DNA of 42,384 nt from a virus. A model generated the notes under the pieces. The model saw nothing but the letters and a program-made list of their open reading frames with translations, was not told the origin of the DNA and made no database searches. This document shows positions 1 through 7,410 of the stretch, one piece after another (the first letter of the stretch is position 1; every line of letters starts with the position of its first letter). The stretch lies in the IMG/VR virus record IMGVR_UViG_3300047491_001507; one strand, 5' to 3'. The translations under genes and the position numbers were made by a program.

Positions 1-1
1 C

Positions 2-478
2 TTGTATGGAAAGTTGGCTGAACTTGTATGCAAAGTTGAAAAAAACTGGTATAATGGATGTATGACTCCATTCAAACCTTTTCAAATTCGCTGGAAAGAA
101 CCTCTAGGGAAGCCGGAATGTCCCTATTTGTATCGATGGACCTTCATCATCTTCAACTTCTCGATCCGAATTCACCACTGGATTCGGTCAGATGATAAAA
201 GATTTTTTCATGATCACGCTTGCAATTTTGTTTCGATTGTGCTAAAAGGAAGGTATACTAATGTTACTGCTGAAGGGAGAACAGAAGTAAAAGCTGGTTC
301 TTTTTGGTATTCCCATGCCAAAAAACAGCATTATCTGGATGTTCCTGAAGGTGGAGCATGGACGTTATTGTTTTGTGGTCGTCCCTATCATAAATGGGGA
401 TTTTACGTTAAAGGACATAAGTGGCGACCCCTGAGATATTTCCATAAATTTGGGGTTCCACCGTGTGATATGCAGTAA
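2..478 (+). CDS. Hypothetical protein, 5'-truncated at the window edge (His-rich motif HHW..SDD..HDH, possibly a cupin-like metal site).
   Basis: ORF is open from the window start. Its stop overlaps the next start as TAATG at 476-480. Confidence 0.45.
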   Translation: MYGKLAELVCKVEKNWYNGCMTPFKPFQIRWKEPLGKPECPYLYRWTFIIFNFSIRIHHWIRSDDKRFFHDHACNFVSIVLKGRYTNVTAEGRTEVKAGSFWYSHAKKQHYLDVPEGGAWTLLFCGRPYHKWGFYVKGHKWRPLRYFHKFGVPPCDMQ

Positions 479-843
479 TGGCATTACAGAATGATATTGC
501 AATAGCTGGATTGTATATTTTCCCAACATACCGAGGATTGTTGTTAGGAACACCCGATGAAGAAATGGACAAGCGTCTCATTTCAGATGCTGAACAAAAA
601 GCAGCAAAACAATTCGGCTTGCCTGTATATGTTGTCAAACCAGATGTCAAACTCAATCGTCTTCCAGATTATACCATTCTAGCAGAACTAGAAATGTTTG
701 AAATAGAAGGTGATTTCGACGGGAGAACACTCACAATTGTTCTATTTGTCGATAACATTTACTCAATGCCAATTGACCAAATTATTGACAATAACATCCA
801 AGAATTAGACTGGAAAAAACATTCAAAACTGTGGAGTTTTTAG
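478..843 (+). CDS. Hypothetical protein (121 aa).
   Basis: TAATG-coupled to the upstream ORF. A long open frame in a stop-rich, AT-rich background. Confidence 0.45.
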   Translation: MALQNDIAIAGLYIFPTYRGLLLGTPDEEMDKRLISDAEQKAAKQFGLPVYVVKPDVKLNRLPDYTILAELEMFEIEGDFDGRTLTIVLFVDNIYSMPIDQIIDNNIQELDWKKHSKLWSF

Positions 844-851
844 AGTCACTT

Positions 852-866
852 CGTGTGATATGCAAT
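852..866 (+). promoter_or_regulatory. Candidate promoter / -10-like element CGTGTGATATGCAAT immediately upstream of tRNA-like gene 1. The same 13-14 nt motif recurs at 462-476.
   Basis: TG-n-GATATG resembles an extended -10 box. It lies 3-17 nt before the tRNA 5' end. A near-identical copy sits at the start of ORF 478..843. Confidence 0.3.
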
Positions 867-868
867 GA

Positions 869-1039
869 CAGCGAGTAGCTCATTGGTAGAGCACCAGTGT
901 CTTGTGTGATTCTGGCAATTTGGCAATGAAGTCTGGGGACGCTCAGATGTATGGGTCAAATTGCCGCTGAGCTTCGGGCTTAGTTACCGGATACAAGACG
1001 ACAAACTGGAGGTTGGGGGTTCGATTCCTTCCTCGCTGA
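869..1039 (+). tRNA. tRNA-like gene with a 106-nt insertion replacing or within the anticodon loop. Candidate intron-containing tRNA or a disrupted tRNA.
   Basis: Acceptor stem CAGCGAG (869-875) pairs perfectly with CTCGCTG (1032-1038). Position 8-9 is TA. D-arm is GCTC-ATTGGTA-GAGC. Anticodon stem CCAGT (894-898) pairs with ACTGG (1005-1009). Variable loop is AGGTT. T-arm is GGGGG-TTCGATT-CCTTC (two G.U pairs). Discriminator is A. There is no encoded CCA. The insertion 899-1004 begins GTCTTGT and ends ACAAGAC, which extends the anticodon helix. Confidence 0.6.
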
Positions 1040-1042
1040 CAA

Positions 1043-1236
1043 CTAAGGGTAGCCCAGATGGTAGAGCACCAGTCGTCTTTTGTACTGTTTCAGTGTTCTT
1101 CTACAGACGCTTAGGGACGCCTCAAGCAGTCTGTTACGGAAACTTAGGGACGCCTAAGCAAGATGTTTTTAGAACTACTGTTTTAGTGCAAAAGATAACA
1201 TACTGGAGGTCGCAGGTTCGATTCCTGCCCCTTAGA
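1043..1236 (+). tRNA. tRNA-like gene with a 128-nt insertion in the anticodon loop. Candidate intron-containing tRNA or a disrupted tRNA.
   Basis: Acceptor stem CTAAGGG (1043-1049) pairs perfectly with CCCTTAG (1229-1235). D-arm is GCCC-AGATGGTA-GAGC (one mismatch). Anticodon stem CCAGT (1069-1073) pairs with ACTGG (1202-1206). Variable loop is AGGTC. T-arm is GCAGG-TTCGATT-CCTGC. Discriminator is A. Insertion ends TCTTTTG / CAAAAGA pair to extend the anticodon helix. The motif TTAGGGACGCCT occurs twice inside the insertion. Confidence 0.6.
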
Positions 1237-1299
1237 CTGAAAAAATTTTGTTGTACTGTTGACACAAAAACTGCACTTGAGGTCCGATTGGCCGAACCT

Positions 1300-1339
1300 C
1301 CTCACCAGTTGGATGCATGCGTACATCCAACTGGTGAGG
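1300..1339 (+). promoter_or_regulatory. Perfect 16-bp inverted repeat (CCTCACCAGTTGGATG / CATCCAACTGGTGAGG) with an 8-nt loop, in the tRNA locus spacer. Candidate RNA processing or regulatory hairpin, or a dimeric operator.
   Basis: Both arms were read directly and are exact reverse complements. No T-run follows, so this is not a terminator. A second, CCGCATGCGG palindrome lies at 1368-1377. Confidence 0.4.
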
Positions 1340-1384
1340 TCAGTGTTTGAAAAAACTGGCCGTGCTTCCGCATGCGGTCGTCGT

Positions 1385-1413
1385 GAAAAGCCCACCGAAA
1401 GGTGGGCTTTTTT
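1385..1413 (+). terminator. Rho-independent terminator ending the tRNA transcription unit. Also usable from the minus strand after the Dam-like gene.
   Basis: GAAAAGCCCACC-gaaa-GGTGGGCTTTTTT: a GC-rich 8-bp stem, a GAAA loop and a T6 run. The reverse orientation has a T4 run. Confidence 0.8.
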
Positions 1414-1417
1414 ATTG

Positions 1418-2284
1418 TCAGTAGTTAAACCAAACTACTTCCGTCCTCATATCTTTCGTTTTAGCCTGTGAGGAATGATTGGCAACACTCTTCTTTTTGC
1501 ATTTCCATCCCTTAAGAGTTCGATTGTACAAAGGAGACGAATAGCCGCTAATAATAACTTTCCCTCTGCTATTTTTAATCAAATTCAACAAATCGATGTG
1601 ATCTTCTACTGTCATCTCATTTTCGTACACATCGGTAGCAGTTCTTGTAGAGTGCAAATAAGGCGGATCTAAATACATCAACGTATTTTCTTCATCCCAA
1701 TATTTGATAATTTCTCTAAAATCAGAACAAAGAATGGTTACATTTCTGAGCCGTTCTGAGATTTTGGGTAATTGCTTCAACATAGTGTCCCAAGAATTTA
1801 CATCTCCAGGCTTGTCTCCTCTAGTACGATTGGACCAAGCAAAAGCTTTTTTCAGCCCGCCTCGACTCATACGTCTTAAAATATATTCATTCACGCCTCG
1901 ATCAATATAATCATCAAGAGGCTTTTTGGACTTGGTTAGTGCAATTTTAAAAGATCTTTCGGTATATTGAATACGCTTGAGACGATTAATGAATTCTTTA
2001 GACTCATCTCTTAGAGCTTTAAAGATCGCAATGACATTTTTGTCAATATCTGAAATTACTTCTTCAACAGAAGGCTTTTTATTTAAGAATATACTTGCAC
2101 CAGCACAAAATGGCTCACAATATACTAAATCTTGATAATTTTCTGGAAAATTGTCGATAACAAAATCTTTCAAATACCACTTTCCGCCATGGGTTTTAAC
2201 TATTGGGCGTAACTTGTTTTGTTTCATAATTCTCTTGATAGATAATCCTTTTACATTTGCTACATTGATAGGTAAATGGGCCAT
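1418..2284 (-). CDS. Dam-family DNA N6-adenine methyltransferase.
   Basis: Motif I is YCEPFCAGASIF (the EPFxGxG SAM site). Motif IV is DPPY. The conserved N-terminal KTHGGKWYLKDF matches the Dam family. The start was chosen at MAHLPINV (2284). The ORF stays open to 2359, so the start is uncertain. Confidence 0.75.
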   Translation of the reverse strand: MAHLPINVANVKGLSIKRIMKQNKLRPIVKTHGGKWYLKDFVIDNFPENYQDLVYCEPFCAGASIFLNKKPSVEEVISDIDKNVIAIFKALRDESKEFINRLKRIQYTERSFKIALTKSKKPLDDYIDRGVNEYILRRMSRGGLKKAFAWSNRTRGDKPGDVNSWDTMLKQLPKISERLRNVTILCSDFREIIKYWDEENTLMYLDPPYLHSTRTATDVYENEMTVEDHIDLLNLIKNSRGKVIISGYSSPLYNRTLKGWKCKKKSVANHSSQAKTKDMRTEVVWFNY

Positions 2285-2446
2285 ACCCTTGTGTTGACCC
2301 CTCATAAAACCAACCCAATTCAGGAAATTGTTGGTTATGGCAAGGAACACAAAGAACATTCATTCTTTTCCTTTGTTCTGAATCTATTTCGACAAAAAAA
2401 TAACAGTCTTCCAAAGTTATATCCTCAGTTTCTATATAATCATAGT

Positions 2447-2671
2447 ATGTCTACTACAACTTTAAAAAGAACTGCATGTATTAATAGATTAAATATCAGC
2501 AAAAGCACGCTACTGGCATATTTTTCAGATGACTCTTCTATTAAAACATACCTACAATCATTAAATGATGATCAATGGCATATAGATAGCTTTGACAACT
2601 TTACCAGAGAATGTTGTCTAACTATCTTATCTGACGTTGGTGAAACTCACTTAAGTTTAATATTAAGTTAA
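2447..2671 (+). CDS. Possible small hypothetical protein (74 aa) in the 380-nt gap between two minus-strand genes.
   Basis: In-frame ATG at 2447 is preceded by TATATAAT (2433-2440). No clear RBS. Weak call. Confidence 0.2.
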   Translation: MSTTTLKRTACINRLNISKSTLLAYFSDDSSIKTYLQSLNDDQWHIDSFDNFTRECCLTILSDVGETHLSLILS

Positions 2672-3549
2672 TTACAGCCGCCAATATTACAACCACCAAA
2701 ACGAAAACCAGATCTTATACCAGATCTAAAGCCTCCATAATAAACAGTGTTTGGAACATAGTAATAAACGTTGTTAGACGTTTCTGCTTGAATATATGAA
2801 GCTTGAATTGGAGTTTCTTCTGTCATAATATATGAAGCGTTTTCAGGAACTGTATAGTACACCTGAGCAGGACTACAGTTCAACAGCTTCTTACGAGGGC
2901 TTTTCTGAATTGGAGACTCTGAATCAGGAGTCTCAGGTTTTGGCGATTCAGGCTGAATTTCACTCTTAGGCAAAGATTTTTTGGGTTGTTTGTATAAATT
3001 AGGATTGTCTAACCAAGCAACAAAGTCTTTGGCGTTCTTAAAACCGCCATCTGCCTTAAGATTCTTTTTCTGAGCATTGGTGATAACATAATAAGGAAGA
3101 TATTTTACTTCAAATTCCTTCACTAAGTCCTTGTTCTTGTCAGCATCAATATTGACCACTAAATAATTCTTAAGTGCAATTTTTACATCTGAATCAGTAA
3201 GAGTTTCTTTTTTCAATTTTTGGCACCATGTACACCACTCTGCTTCAAAAAATAACAAGATTGGCATTCCATACTCTTCAGACTTTTTGATCGCATCCTG
3301 ATAATCTTTCACAGAAATATCTGAGGGATTCTGGGGATCTTCAGGAATAGGAAGATCTTTTGGCTTTTCGTCTTTAGGAGCCTCAGGAGTAATCTTATTC
3401 CAATCGTTACTCCATTCCCAATTAGACTTTTGACCCGATTGAGTCTGCTTGGCACGAGCCTTTTTCACCAGATCGTAACCAACAACAACTCCATAAACAC
3501 AAGCAATTAAGCAGAATATTAAAACAAGAGTTCTTTGATTCATAAACAC
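2668..3549 (-). CDS. Membrane-anchored thioredoxin-fold protein.
   Basis: N-terminal hydrophobic segment LVLIFCLIACVYGVVVGY. Thioredoxin active-site motif WCTWCQKL (CxxC). Pro/Glu-rich linker. Tyr/Gly-rich C-terminus ending GGCNIGGCN. Confidence 0.6.
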   Translation of the reverse strand: MFMNQRTLVLIFCLIACVYGVVVGYDLVKKARAKQTQSGQKSNWEWSNDWNKITPEAPKDEKPKDLPIPEDPQNPSDISVKDYQDAIKKSEEYGMPILLFFEAEWCTWCQKLKKETLTDSDVKIALKNYLVVNIDADKNKDLVKEFEVKYLPYYVITNAQKKNLKADGGFKNAKDFVAWLDNPNLYKQPKKSLPKSEIQPESPKPETPDSESPIQKSPRKKLLNCSPAQVYYTVPENASYIMTEETPIQASYIQAETSNNVYYYVPNTVYYGGFRSGIRSGFRFGGCNIGGCN

Positions 3550-3561
3550 CTCTAAATATAT

Positions 3562-3822
3562 TTATTCCTGCTCCGACGAAAATATCAATCCTTTCTTGCC
3601 ATCTATTTCTCCTAAATCAATTAATAAACCTTCTGTGTCCACACGCTCATCAATGGCAATGCCTAAATCCCCAAAAATAAAATCCCTTTCCACCTTGTTA
3701 AACCCAATGCCTACAACACCATTATCTAAAATTCGTATTTCCAGGCACCACTCTTTAGTATTTAGACCTCTAGCGTCCATAATTTCTAAAAGCGACTTTA
3801 CAGCAATAGGAGTAATTTTCAT
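3562..3822 (-). CDS. Small hypothetical protein (86 aa). It resembles HesB/IscA-like A-type carriers but lacks the Cys ligands.
   Basis: MKITPIAVKSLLEI...GLRI-like N-terminal pattern. Only one Cys. Antisense ORF 3596..3829 was rejected. Confidence 0.35.
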   Translation of the reverse strand: MKITPIAVKSLLEIMDARGLNTKEWCLEIRILDNGVVGIGFNKVERDFIFGDLGIAIDERVDTEGLLIDLGEIDGKKGLIFSSEQE

Positions 3823-3844
3823 ATTTTAAAAGAATAACCAGCAA

Positions 3845-4342
3845 CTAAAATTCAACAAAGATTTTAGCCTCTTTTAAAACATGGACGGTTTTCCATAAGT
3901 GTTTACAAGCTCCAGGTAGTTCACTTGGATTAGCTGGAGGACCACCTTTTGATTCGTATTTGGTACGTTTTCTGCCATACAATGATTTGTCCAAATGGTT
4001 GTAAAAATTGAATCTATAAGAAAAATCCTTGCAATTGCACCGCACTAAAACATCTGAATTTTCTAAAGAAATTCTGTCAAAGTTGTATTGTTTACCATCA
4101 CTGGCCTTTAAAAGCACTTCGTTGCCATCATAATTGACATTTTTAAAGAGAATAATGGGATTATACTCACGCTCTTCATTTTGAGCTAAACTCTTGACAA
4201 ATAAAGTTTTAAGACCTAAAAATGGCACCCAGGTCAAGTTTTTAATGATAATTGGGTGTGTAGCGTTTTGTCTCAGCCCACATTGTGGAAATGCTGATAC
4301 AGTTGATAAATAAAGGTCTTGTAAGCTTGATTCAATAAACAT
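3845..4342 (-). CDS. Hypothetical protein with a SWIM-type zinc finger (CxC-x25-CxH) near the C-terminus.
   Basis: VRCNCKDFSYRF...GACKHLWK. The start at 4342 is only 16 nt from the divergent start at 4359. Confidence 0.4.
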   Translation of the reverse strand: MFIESSLQDLYLSTVSAFPQCGLRQNATHPIIIKNLTWVPFLGLKTLFVKSLAQNEEREYNPIILFKNVNYDGNEVLLKASDGKQYNFDRISLENSDVLVRCNCKDFSYRFNFYNHLDKSLYGRKRTKYESKGGPPANPSELPGACKHLWKTVHVLKEAKIFVEF

Positions 4343-4358
4343 ATTACTACTATATGTA

Positions 4359-5486
4359 ATGCAGCAAGCTATTCAATTATTAACTCAAGCGGTAAATTTT
4401 CAGGAAAAATCCGAATTTGAATCAGCAGAAGTATTGATGCGAAAAGCTCTTAAAATACTCAAAGAGCAATATCATGACGATAAAGCAGAACAATGCTTCA
4501 ATGCTGCTATGCAATTCCAAGACGGCAAACGTATCCAATTAGCTTTGGATATGTTTATGAAGTCCTATGACTACTTTCCTTCCCGTATGACTTTTGATTG
4601 TATTCTTAGATGTCTTATGCATTTAAGACAATACGAAAAAATGTGGGAATTCTATGAAAAAAGGTTTGATCTATACGATACCATGATTGCCTATCGTAGA
4701 ATCTTCAAAGATCGAGCTTGGGACGGAGTAGCCTCGTTAGAGGGAAAAAGATTGTTGGTTTTTTGTGAACAGGGTTTAGGCGATCAAATCATGTTCGTTC
4801 CTTACATTCAAGAATTACAAAAAAGGTTTAATTGCCAGATCGTACTAAGTTGTGCTGGAAAATTAGAAAAATTGTTTAATTTGCAAGGATTCCAAACCAT
4901 TCCCAAAGAACATATCAGTACAGACTGTATGCCTGAATTTGATTTTCATACTACCAGTATGAGTTTGCCTAAATTGCTCAAGATTTTTGAGCCAATACCT
5001 CAAACGAATACTTTTAATATTGAGACAAAATGGGAACTTGACTCCTTTAAAATTGGAATAATTGCCAAAGGCAATCCTAATAGTTTTAATGATATTCGCA
5101 GAAATGTGAATCCTAAATGGTTTCAAAAGATATTAAATGAAAACGTACAACTGTATAATCTGCATAATTCCGAGCCGGTTTATGACCCAAATATCATTGA
5201 ATTAGGACCAAGAATCAATGACATTTATGATTTGGCGGTGATGATTAATTCGATGGACTTGATCATTACTGTGGAAACAGTTGTTTTTCCATTAGCAGCA
5301 GCAATGGGAAAAAATGTATGGGTTTTAAGCCCTTATCTTTGTGATTGGAGATTTGGCATATCAGGAGATCAAACACCTTGGTATCCTTCGGTTAAATTAT
5401 ATCGACAAACAAATCTCCAAGATTGGGGCTCAGTGTTTGATAGTATAAATCATGATTTAATTAAATATATTCAGGAGGTAAAATGA
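4359..5486 (+). CDS. TPR-like N-domain fused to a GT9-family (heptosyltransferase-like) glycosyltransferase domain.
   Basis: GT9 hallmark LLVFCEQGLGDQIMFVPYIQ (Gly-rich ADP-heptose pocket). C-terminal pattern MDLIITVETVVFPLAAAMGKNVWVL is typical of GT9 C-domains. Confidence 0.6.
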   Translation: MQQAIQLLTQAVNFQEKSEFESAEVLMRKALKILKEQYHDDKAEQCFNAAMQFQDGKRIQLALDMFMKSYDYFPSRMTFDCILRCLMHLRQYEKMWEFYEKRFDLYDTMIAYRRIFKDRAWDGVASLEGKRLLVFCEQGLGDQIMFVPYIQELQKRFNCQIVLSCAGKLEKLFNLQGFQTIPKEHISTDCMPEFDFHTTSMSLPKLLKIFEPIPQTNTFNIETKWELDSFKIGIIAKGNPNSFNDIRRNVNPKWFQKILNENVQLYNLHNSEPVYDPNIIELGPRINDIYDLAVMINSMDLIITVETVVFPLAAAMGKNVWVLSPYLCDWRFGISGDQTPWYPSVKLYRQTNLQDWGSVFDSINHDLIKYIQEVK

Positions 5487-6220
5487 AGGGCATTATTCTA
5501 ACTGGCGGAAGTGGAACACGACTTTCACCTCTCACCATTCCTACAAATAAACATTTGTTGCCAGTTTACAACAAACCAATGGTCTATCATGCCATTGAAT
5601 TGTTGGTTAATTCTGGCATTACAGATATTTTGATTGTTTGTGGAGGAAATTCAGCTAGCGATTTTTTAAGAGTGCTAGGAAACGGCGAAGAATTTGGTCT
5701 GAAGCATTTGCACTATCGATACCAATCCCAGCCAAGAGGCATTGCTGATGCTTTGGGACTAGCAGAAGAGTGGGCAGGAGACGATCCTGTTGCTTTGTTG
5801 TTGGGAGATAACATTTTCGAAAACACCTTCGAAAATGTAGTCAAAGATTTTGAGAAAAATCCTGTAGGAGCAATCATCTTTGGCACACATGTCAAACACC
5901 CAGAACAATATGGCGTTATTGTCCAAGACGAAAATGGGAAAGTATTACAAATCGTGGAAAAGCCAAAGAATCCCACTTCTGATCTAATCGCAACCGGATT
6001 GTATTTCTACGACAGCACGGTTTGGGATTTCATCAAGCAACTTTCTCCATCTTCTCGTGGAGAATTAGAGATCACCGATGTGAATTCGCATTTTTTGCAA
6101 AAAGGACAATTGAAGATAGTAGAATTGCAAGGCAAGTGGATGGATTGCGGCGAATGCATTGACGGTTATCTAGAAGCACAAAATGTGATGGCCGAAATCA
6201 TTAAAAAGCGGCAACTTTAG
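5483..6220 (+). CDS. Sugar-1-phosphate nucleotidyltransferase (RmlA-like). At 245 aa and in a heptose context, it is possibly a HddC-like D-glycero-alpha-D-manno-heptose-1-phosphate guanylyltransferase.
   Basis: MKGIILTGGSGTRLSPLT...HLLPVYNKPMVYH...LLGDNIF matches the RmlA/GlmU-type NTP-transferase signature. AGGAGG sits at 5473-5478, 4 nt before the ATG. ATGA overlap with the upstream gene. Confidence 0.8.
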   Translation: MKGIILTGGSGTRLSPLTIPTNKHLLPVYNKPMVYHAIELLVNSGITDILIVCGGNSASDFLRVLGNGEEFGLKHLHYRYQSQPRGIADALGLAEEWAGDDPVALLLGDNIFENTFENVVKDFEKNPVGAIIFGTHVKHPEQYGVIVQDENGKVLQIVEKPKNPTSDLIATGLYFYDSTVWDFIKQLSPSSRGELEITDVNSHFLQKGQLKIVELQGKWMDCGECIDGYLEAQNVMAEIIKKRQL

Positions 6221-7409
6221 CCTCTTCAATTAATTGTAAGACTTGATCTACATCAATTTTTTTACACAATTGATCGACATATTGTGTTAGAGTCTCAGAC
6301 TTTGTATTTTCAATCTTGTGTCTTCCCCATAATAAACCATCTTTTTCTTCTAGCATTATCGCTCGTGTATAAGGATAGTATTTAATTCTATACTCTGGTT
6401 GAATGCTAGTAAACAATACTACTGTAGGTATATTGAAGGCATCTGCAATGTGATAAGTTGAAGTATCTACAGTTACAATGGCATCTACTTGAGAAATTAT
6501 CGCTGCAAAATCATCTAATCTTTGCGAATATTTAGACAAACTTAAGAAACGAGGATGTTGAAAATCAGAATGTGATGTAGTTACTACAAAATAATCAGAT
6601 TTATTTAAAATCTCCTTAATGATTCTTATTGATTCAATTGTATTGATAGAACGTATTGGACTAGTAGATGTATTATGAAACAATAAAATAGGTCTTTTTG
6701 AAGATTTCAAAACAACAAATAAATCTTGTGCTTGTCTCTTGGCCTGTGGATTGACCTGATATTTAACACGTTTTGCCTCAACAGGAACCGTTGAAGGATC
6801 AATAGACAATGCTCCTAAAAAGAAATCAATCATTGGTTGATTGTCAAAGTTTTCTCTTAACAATAAAGTCCCCAAATCAATAAAGGCATTATGTTGACAT
6901 AATTTAGAGACTCGATTCGGCAACATAAAAACATGTTGAAATTTACCTTGCCATTGAACAGTAATACTTTGAACGTGGTAGGGGTTAAATTGATACAAAG
7001 AAATCTTGATCTCTTTATCTGGAAATGTCTCGGCCAGCTTATTTTGGAAATAAGCAAAAGCTTGCATTCCAATTAAATGATCCCCGATAGCATTGGACAT
7101 AGCATTCAAAATACCAATATCAATTTTTTCCACTTTAGACAAAATATCCACTACTTCATCAAACTCAATAAATCCAATGTTTTTAGGAAAAACAGGCAAA
7201 CTAGCAATCGAATAGGGATTAACAACATTTAATTTGGTATTGCTTTTTTTATTTTCTAAAGATTTTACCCGACGATCATGATCACAGGGAGTTGTGAAGT
7301 AAATCGTATTAGTGGTATCATCAAATTTATCAAATGTATGTTCGTAGACATAGCCATATTCTTCATGAGAAGCAGCAATTTGTTCTTCTGAGTTAAAAAA
7401 TAATATCAT
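6201..7409 (-). CDS. GT9-family glycosyltransferase-like protein (402 aa), comparable in size to autotransporter heptosyltransferases (TibC/AAH-like).
   Basis: C-terminal GT9 pattern DAIVTVDTSTYHIADAFNIPTVVLFTSIQPE. The N-terminal domain is unrelated to LPS WaaC/WaaF. Confidence 0.45.
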   Translation of the reverse strand: MILFFNSEEQIAASHEEYGYVYEHTFDKFDDTTNTIYFTTPCDHDRRVKSLENKKSNTKLNVVNPYSIASLPVFPKNIGFIEFDEVVDILSKVEKIDIGILNAMSNAIGDHLIGMQAFAYFQNKLAETFPDKEIKISLYQFNPYHVQSITVQWQGKFQHVFMLPNRVSKLCQHNAFIDLGTLLLRENFDNQPMIDFFLGALSIDPSTVPVEAKRVKYQVNPQAKRQAQDLFVVLKSSKRPILLFHNTSTSPIRSINTIESIRIIKEILNKSDYFVVTTSHSDFQHPRFLSLSKYSQRLDDFAAIISQVDAIVTVDTSTYHIADAFNIPTVVLFTSIQPEYRIKYYPYTRAIMLEEKDGLLWGRHKIENTKSETLTQYVDQLCKKIDVDQVLQLIEEAKVAAF

Positions 7410-7410
7410 T

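Noticed and set aside
869-1236. tmRNA-like interpretation of the tRNA-like elements (tRNA ends with a long internal insertion).
   Set aside because: The elements are far too short (171 and 194 nt). Intact D-arms and anticodon stems are present. No tag-peptide reading frame ending in a hydrophobic ...AA stop was found in the inserts.
961-1471. ORF-track ORFs 961..1350, 1183..1395 and 1259..1471 overlapping the tRNA locus.
   Set aside because: The region is explained by two canonical tRNA frameworks, structured RNA and a terminator. The ORFs lack RBSs and cross RNA elements.
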